From the NCBI GenBank assembly GCA_963733295.1, contig CAVTCS010000001.1, forward strand, positions 1-27,317: a stretch of DNA of 27,317 nt, read 5' to 3'. Positions 25,539 through 27,317 of this stretch are shown here, in pieces. Position 1 is the first letter of the stretch. The number at the start of each line of letters is the position of its first letter. Origin of the DNA: Vulcanimicrobiota bacterium. Its GTDB lineage: Bacteria; Vulcanimicrobiota; Vulcanimicrobiia; Vulcanimicrobiales; Vulcanimicrobiaceae. The translations under genes were made by a program, and so were the position numbers. The notes beneath the pieces were generated by a model. It saw nothing but the letters and a program-made list of their open reading frames with translations, was not told the DNA's origin and made no database searches.

Positions 25539-27317
25539 TTACCACTCCAGTTTTTCGAGCGCACGCACGAATGCGTGCGTGTCGCGGGTCATGATCCCGA
25601 TGGGTCCCCAGTAGTTGAAACCGTACGACAACTGCCCATATCCGCCGGCGACTTGGAGCGGGTTCATGCGAGTGCGCGTCAGGCTGTTGTGTCCGCCGGC
25701 GCGCCGTCCGCCGCGGACCTGGGACTTGGGCATCGAGATGGTGCGTTCGGGCGCATGATAGATCATGCAGGTTCCGGGCTGAATGCGCGCGCTGACGGCA
25801 GCACGCGTGACCATGACCCCGTTGTCGTTATGGACTTCGACCCAGTGGTTGTCCACGATCTCGATTCGGGCCGCGTCCTTGTCGTTGATCCAGAACGGCT
25901 CGACTCCGCGCGACAGCGTAGCATGCGCTGGTTGTCGCCATAGGTCGAGTGGATGTGCCACTTCCCGTGCGGCGTCAGGTAGTTGAGCATCAGGCTCTTG
26001 TCGTCCACCGGGCTCACGACGATGTCGCCCGTCTTGTGCGGATCGAGCTTGGGCTTATACGTCATGAAGTGCTCGCCGAAGTCGATGTACCACGGATGAT
26101 CCATATACAATTGCTGACGTCCGGTCAGCGTGCGCCAGGGAACCAAGCGTTCGACGTTCATGCACCACGCCGAGTAGGCCCGGCCATCGTTGACCATCCC
26201 GGTCCAGCACGGGCTGATGAGCAGGCGCTTCACTTGACGAGTGAGGTCGCCGAACGTCATGCGTACGCCGCGGATGCCTTCGGCCAAATCGGTAAGCGGG
26301 AGACCGACGACCTCCTGCTCGTGTTCGAACGCGGCGTAGGACACTTCCCCGTTCCTTTCCGGCGCGAGATGAAGGATCGTGTTGCTGACGTCGAGCGCGT
26401 CCTCGAGACTCGGATACTTCTGCCCCTTCCACTCGACACAGCGCAAATGGCGGTGTCGGGCGATAGCGAGACCGGCGTCTGGAGCATCTGGTCGTAGAAC
26501 TTTGCGACCGGAATCTGGACCCCGTTCGAACTGATGCCGTCGGTCTTGATGTTCGGCCGAGCGCGATGTACTTATTGTAGATGTCGTTGTAATCGCGCGT
26601 CACGACCCGCAGGTGGGGCATCGTCTTCCCGGGGATCGCTTCGCACTCGCCGGCCGTCCAATCGAGCACTTGCAGCTGGGGGATCTCGTCGGGCGTGTCG
26701 TGCATGAGCGGGATCGAAACGAAGTCCTTCACCGGTTCGGGGAAGGCCAAGGACGACATCTCGCTGACCTTCTTGGCGAACGTCTTGAAGATGTCCCGAT
26801 CGCTCCTCGATTCCCACACCGGCGGCACGGCCACGCCGAGCACGTGGATGAACGAGTGAAGGTCGGTCGAGTTCAGATCGTTCTTCTCGTCCCACGTAGC
26901 GGTCGGCGAAAGCGATCATGCAGATGACCAACCGCGAGGTGTACATGCGGAAGTTGATGTCGACGACCAAGTCGAACTTGCCGCGCGGCGCAGGCTCGAC
27001 GAAGGTTACCTTCTTCGTCTTGCCTTTCGCGTGTTCTTCGGCGACCGCGTTGTCGTGCGTCCCCAAGTAGTGGCGGAGGAAGAATTCGTGCCCCTTCGCG
27101 CTCGCCATGATCGCGTTGCCGCGCCAGATCATCCAGACGCGCGGCCAGTTCTTCTCGTTGTCCGGATCCTCGACCGCAAACTTCAACTTGCCCGATTTGA
27201 GCTGGTCGACCGCGGTCTTGATGATGGCCGCATCGTCCTTGGCACCCGCCGCCTCGGCTTCGCGTACGAAGTCCAGCGGGTTGCGATCGAACTGCGGCTG
27301 GTACGGCATCCAGCCGC
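25539..27317 (-). CDS. narG: Nitrate reductase / nitrite oxidoreductase alpha subunit (NarG/NxrA-like), 3' part only, at least four frame breaks (about 26920, 26558, 26450, 25920)
   Basis: Consecutive ORF fragments give WRGN...[67 protein letters not shown] and NYWGP.G. Confidence 0.93.

Overview
High-GC bacterial window with three blocks. (1) 1-10.8 kb, minus strand: a compact, translationally coupled division/cell-wall (dcw) operon, mraZ-rsmH-ftsL-ftsI-murE-murF-[CofE/F420:gamma-glutamyl-ligase-like gene]-mraY-murD-ftsW-murG (partial), with a sigma70-type promoter overlapped by four MraZ boxes. (2) 10.9-19.4 kb: aerobic respiration and metal-cofactor genes, namely a CusF-like/SCO fusion, a type A2 caa3-like cytochrome c oxidase operon (coxB with fused cytochrome c, coxA, coxC, two tiny coupled membrane ORFs), a group 1 truncated globin, a HugZ/PNPOx-like protein, a SufT/DUF59 protein and a HiPIP. 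(3) 19.4-27.3 kb: orphan ORFs, an FNT channel and a narG(partial)HJI-type operon whose beta subunit reads much closer to Nitrobacter-type nitrite oxidoreductase NxrB than to enterobacterial NarH (comparison from memory). The host looks like a Terrabacteria diderm, possibly Eremiobacterota/Vulcanimicrobiota, but that is an impression, not a result. Single-base frameshifts in ftsW, coxA, narH and narG are most likely long-read errors. The two best novelty candidates are the CofE-like ligase embedded in the dcw operon (possible peptidoglycan-precursor modifying enzyme) and the NXR-clade Nar/Nxr plus FNT next to a caa3/HiPIP chain (possible unrecognised nitrite oxidiser). No rRNA, tRNA, CRISPR array or transposase was seen.
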